From contig OY762069.1 in NCBI GenBank assembly GCA_963665095.1, forward strand, positions 2,688,001 to 2,752,000: 64,000 bases of DNA, written 5' to 3'. The first letter of the stretch is position 1. Every line of letters starts with the position of its first letter. The DNA is from an uncultured Desulfobacter sp. (GTDB lineage Bacteria > Desulfobacterota > Desulfobacteria > Desulfobacterales > Desulfobacteraceae). This document shows, one piece after another, positions 61,123 through 64,000 of this stretch. The position numbers and the translations under genes were made by a program. The notes below the pieces were generated by a model. That model was not told the origin of the DNA. It was given only the letters and a program-made list of their open reading frames with translations, and did no database searches.

Positions 61123-62127
61123 TCAAAGGTTTTCAAGGAAGGCAAGCACTGAATCTTTTGCCTTGTAGCGAACATTTTCCAATGATGGGTCTTGTACCTT
61201 TTTGAGTGCTTGTTCTTTCATTTTCAAATCAGCTTCAACATACATATGGGTAGTAGCTGGACTTTCATGACCCAGCCAAAGGGCGATGACTGTAATATCA
61301 ACTCCAGACTGAAGCAAGTGCATTGCTGTTGTGTGGCGGACAGTATGGGGTGATATTTTTCGGTGCCGGAGAGCAGGGAACTGTTCAGAAGCTTTGGTCA
61401 CTGCAAGCCGAAGTCGGTACTCAACACCGGATCGGGTAAGCGGTTTACCATTGCGGTTGGGAAAGACAGGGGCACTGCCCTTCAGAGTCAACCGAGAGCA
61501 CCAGTTTTTCATATGTTTCGCAGTGCTTCTCCATAGCGGGATGGATCTTTGCTTGCGGCCCTTACCATGAATGACAACAAATGCGCTATTTTCAAGATAA
61601 ACATCTTGATATTGTAAGCGGGTTACTTCAGAAACTCGCGCACCTGTATTATAAAATGTCATGAACATAATATAATCACGATGTCCGCTAAAAGTTGATT
61701 TGTCCGGCGATGTAATGATGGCTTCCATTTCTTCTGGTGAAAGATATTCAAAAGGTGGCCGGTCAAATCGTTTCAATGGAATAGCCAGAACTGTTCGTAT
61801 AGTGGAAAGAGCCTCAATATTCCGATATGATGCATAATTCAAAAAAGAGCGAATAGCAGCTAACCTGATATTTCTGCTTCTTGGAGTGTTGCCTCTCTCA
61901 TTTTCAAGATAGTCCAAAAAATCAAGCACCAACGGAGCATCAATATCTGTTAATTCAAACGATGCCGGTTTTTTGTTTATCCTTTCTTGTGTGTATTGTA
62001 GAAATACTCGAAATGTGTCCCGATAACTGGCAATGGTCTGTGGACTAGCATTTTGCTGTGTTATCAGTCTTTGGCAAAAAAAGTCTTGTATTAACGCGGA
62101 GAAGCTGATTTCAAGTTCATTGTTCAT
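61123..62127 (-). CDS. Tyrosine recombinase RitC-type
   Basis: SYRDTFR, TGARVSE, HGKGRKQR, HTVRHTTAMHLLQSG and LWLGHES..TTHMY motifs. Confidence 0.92.
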   Translation of the reverse strand: MNNELEISFSALIQDFFCQRLITQQNASPQTIASYRDTFRVFLQYTQERINKKPASFELTDIDAPLVLDFLDYLENERGNTPRSRNIRLAAIRSFLNYASYRNIEALSTIRTVLAIPLKRFDRPPFEYLSPEEMEAIITSPDKSTFSGHRDYIMFMTFYNTGARVSEVTRLQYQDVYLENSAFVVIHGKGRKQRSIPLWRSTAKHMKNWCSRLTLKGSAPVFPNRNGKPLTRSGVEYRLRLAVTKASEQFPALRHRKISPHTVRHTTAMHLLQSGVDITVIALWLGHESPATTHMYVEADLKMKEQALKKVQDPSLENVRYKAKDSVLAFLENL

Positions 62128-63064
62128 ATGCCGTCCCTCCCGTAAAATTTTCAAATTTATTTGAAACTGCCGTAAGGAGAGCTGGAACAGCACTGATGTA
62201 CCAATATGTATCTGTCACCTGGGCGTGCCCCAAGTAAACGCTTAAAGCAAATATCATTTGATCCAATTTTTTGCCTTCATCAACCCATTTCATTAACCTT
62301 TTGACAGCGAAAGTGTGACGGAAATCATGAATTCTCGGCAGTCTTTTGCCTGTACCTGTCCAGCCCAGAGACAGGCGCAGCTTCATAAAAACGTATAACA
62401 CCTGGCGATAATTTAGCGAGATTCCCTTTTCACTGATAAAAAATTTTTCTGCTGTTGCCTCAGGATGACAGACGTTCCGGAAAGTTAAATATTCCTGCAG
62501 TGCCTGTGATGTTGAAGTGCTAATCGGGACCAATCTTGATTTTTTGAATTTTGTCTGGACTACAGTGATGATGTCCGTTTTCAAATCAATATTTCCCCTG
62601 GACAAATTGAGAGCTTCCGAGATCCTCAACCCGGTACTTAAAAGCAAACCAAAAAGAGTAGTATAGGTGTGAGGCTGCAAACCGTTGGCCGGTTTGAGCA
62701 GTGATGCCGCTTGTAATAAGGCGGTTATTTCTTCATCCGAATATATATGGGGTGACAACCGTCGCTTGGAAGAGCCAAGCAAGCCTTTTGGTGGGATCTC
62801 AGTGTGGGGATCAAAAAGGAACCGATATTTTGCAAAGCGTCGTACCACGTCATAGCGTCTTGCCCAATAAACAGGCTCTGTGCTTTTTGTTCGTTTTGCC
62901 CACCGTACCACAATTTTTGTTGTGATCGGTCCTCTGTAGCCGATTTGATCAGCATAGCAGGCAAAAAGGAGCAACTCTGTACCCTCACCACGCATCTGAT
63001 ATCCACAGTTTCGTTTAAATTTCAGATAATCTTGAGCAAGTTCAGTCATGGTTGCTATTTTCAT
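62117..63064 (-). CDS. Tyrosine recombinase RitB-type
   Basis: PHIYS, TGLRISEAL, TKFKKSRLVP, HDFRHTFAV and YLGH...TYWY motifs. Confidence 0.92.
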   Translation of the reverse strand: MKIATMTELAQDYLKFKRNCGYQMRGEGTELLLFACYADQIGYRGPITTKIVVRWAKRTKSTEPVYWARRYDVVRRFAKYRFLFDPHTEIPPKGLLGSSKRRLSPHIYSDEEITALLQAASLLKPANGLQPHTYTTLFGLLLSTGLRISEALNLSRGNIDLKTDIITVVQTKFKKSRLVPISTSTSQALQEYLTFRNVCHPEATAEKFFISEKGISLNYRQVLYVFMKLRLSLGWTGTGKRLPRIHDFRHTFAVKRLMKWVDEGKKLDQMIFALSVYLGHAQVTDTYWYISAVPALLTAVSNKFENFTGGTAYEQ

Positions 63065-63975
63065 GATACCCTCCCGCTATCAATCGGCCAAGGCAGAGCC
63101 ACTTCTGAAAGCATCGGGATATCGACTTTTGTGTAAATCACAGTAGTGTCGATGCTTTTGTGTCGCAAAATATCGGCTATTTCTTTTATACTTACGCCTT
63201 GCTGAATCATATGGGTGGCAACTGTATGGCGAAGAATATGTGAGCCGTAAGAAGGAAGCTGAAGTCCGGCGCGTTTAAAAGAACGCCTTATGACAGCACC
63301 AACTGCACTTCCGGTAACCGCAGTGCCCAAGGGGTGACAGTGACGGACAAATACCCTACGTTCGGGTGTGGCAGGCCGACCTTTTTTTAAATAGGCAACT
63401 ATAGCTTCGCCGACATCTACTGGTAACGGGAGTTCATCCGTTCTACGACCTTTCCCCGCAGATAACCGGATAACTCCCGAATGCCAATCAATATCATCAA
63501 GCAGAAGATTCGCTACTTCATTCCGCCGTAGACCCAAACGAGATAGGCAAAGAGCGATAGCATAGCCCCGAAGACCATTTGCCTTTTTCCGGTCAAAAGA
63601 AGACAAAAACACTTCCAACTGATCTTGAGTTAAATATTGGGGTATATGGGCCAATTTCCAATCGGCGATTGCAGGAACTGCACACGCAACCCTGTCTTCA
63701 CATAGCCCCCTAAATATTAGAAATCTAAAAAAACTGCGTAAAGCATTTGTCATTGCTTTGAGCGTTGGAATGTTGTGAATTTTTTTTTGATCCATCATGT
63801 ATTTGATGACATCAACCGGCGATAGTTCAGCCAGTCGATCTTCAGAAAAATGGTCAGATTTCTCACATAAAAATTTTTGTGCATACCGTGAATACTGATG
63901 CTTCGTCTTCTCTTTAACTCCGGAGACTTGTAATAAAAATTTTTCGAAATCATTTACTATTGCGTAATGATCCAT
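63061..63975 (-). CDS. Tyrosine recombinase RitA-type
   Basis: LGLRRNEV, LDDIDW, HILRHTVAT and LRHKSIDTTVIY motifs; GGAG RBS upstream of ATG 63975. Confidence 0.9.
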   Translation of the reverse strand: MDHYAIVNDFEKFLLQVSGVKEKTKHQYSRYAQKFLCEKSDHFSEDRLAELSPVDVIKYMMDQKKIHNIPTLKAMTNALRSFFRFLIFRGLCEDRVACAVPAIADWKLAHIPQYLTQDQLEVFLSSFDRKKANGLRGYAIALCLSRLGLRRNEVANLLLDDIDWHSGVIRLSAGKGRRTDELPLPVDVGEAIVAYLKKGRPATPERRVFVRHCHPLGTAVTGSAVGAVIRRSFKRAGLQLPSYGSHILRHTVATHMIQQGVSIKEIADILRHKSIDTTVIYTKVDIPMLSEVALPWPIDSGRVS

Positions 63976-64000
63976 AGTTCTCTCCCCCCTGATTTTTATA

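Larger units (their letters stand above)
61025..64000 (-). mobile_element. RIT element (recombinase in trio); other end outside the window
   Basis: Three overlapping tyrosine recombinase genes; terminal repeats attatgc(g/t)gagttc at 61025 and 61042, inverted copy at 61095; visibly more AT-rich than the flanks. Confidence 0.88.

Noticed and set aside
1..64000. Numerous 60-260 aa ORFs antisense or frame-shifted within long genes; CRISPR arrays, tRNA and rRNA
   Set aside because: These are shadow ORFs of well-supported genes. No regularly spaced repeat-spacer array or RNA gene was recognised.

Overview
This 64-kb window looks like the chromosome of a Desulfobacter-like anaerobe (Desulfobacterota). 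That is inferred from gene content such as aldehyde:ferredoxin oxidoreductase, heme-c MCP, sigma54 systems and a deltaproteobacterial-type porin; no marker gene is present. In order, it holds: a TolC-MFP-RND efflux operon running into an OmpR-family regulator; a two-gene deletion scar; PaaI thioesterase, AOR, NupC, DUF309 and an MCP; an AraC + TonB-receptor/FecBCDE/DUF364 uptake cluster; a CoA-disulfide/persulfide reductase with rhodanese domain; several singletons; and a 2-aminoethylphosphonate locus (LysR-phnX-phnW) divergent from a peptide-type ABC transporter plus an NPP-family hydrolase. The most striking region is a ~17.5-kb sigma54/two-component-controlled locus (42.2-59.7 kb). It encodes three aryl-sulfate sulfotransferases, three exported acidic helix-hairpin-helix proteins with C-terminal Cys or Tyr tails, a tetraheme cytochrome-Ig fusion, a 977-aa internally duplicated CGHC protein, a YeiH transporter and a porin. 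I propose, as a hypothesis, a periplasmic protein-bound sulfuryl relay for using organic sulfate esters. The window ends in a RIT (three tyrosine recombinase) element inserted into an IS91-like transposase. Several MITE/REP-like palindromic repeats are also present. All family calls come from motif recognition by eye; no database searches were run.
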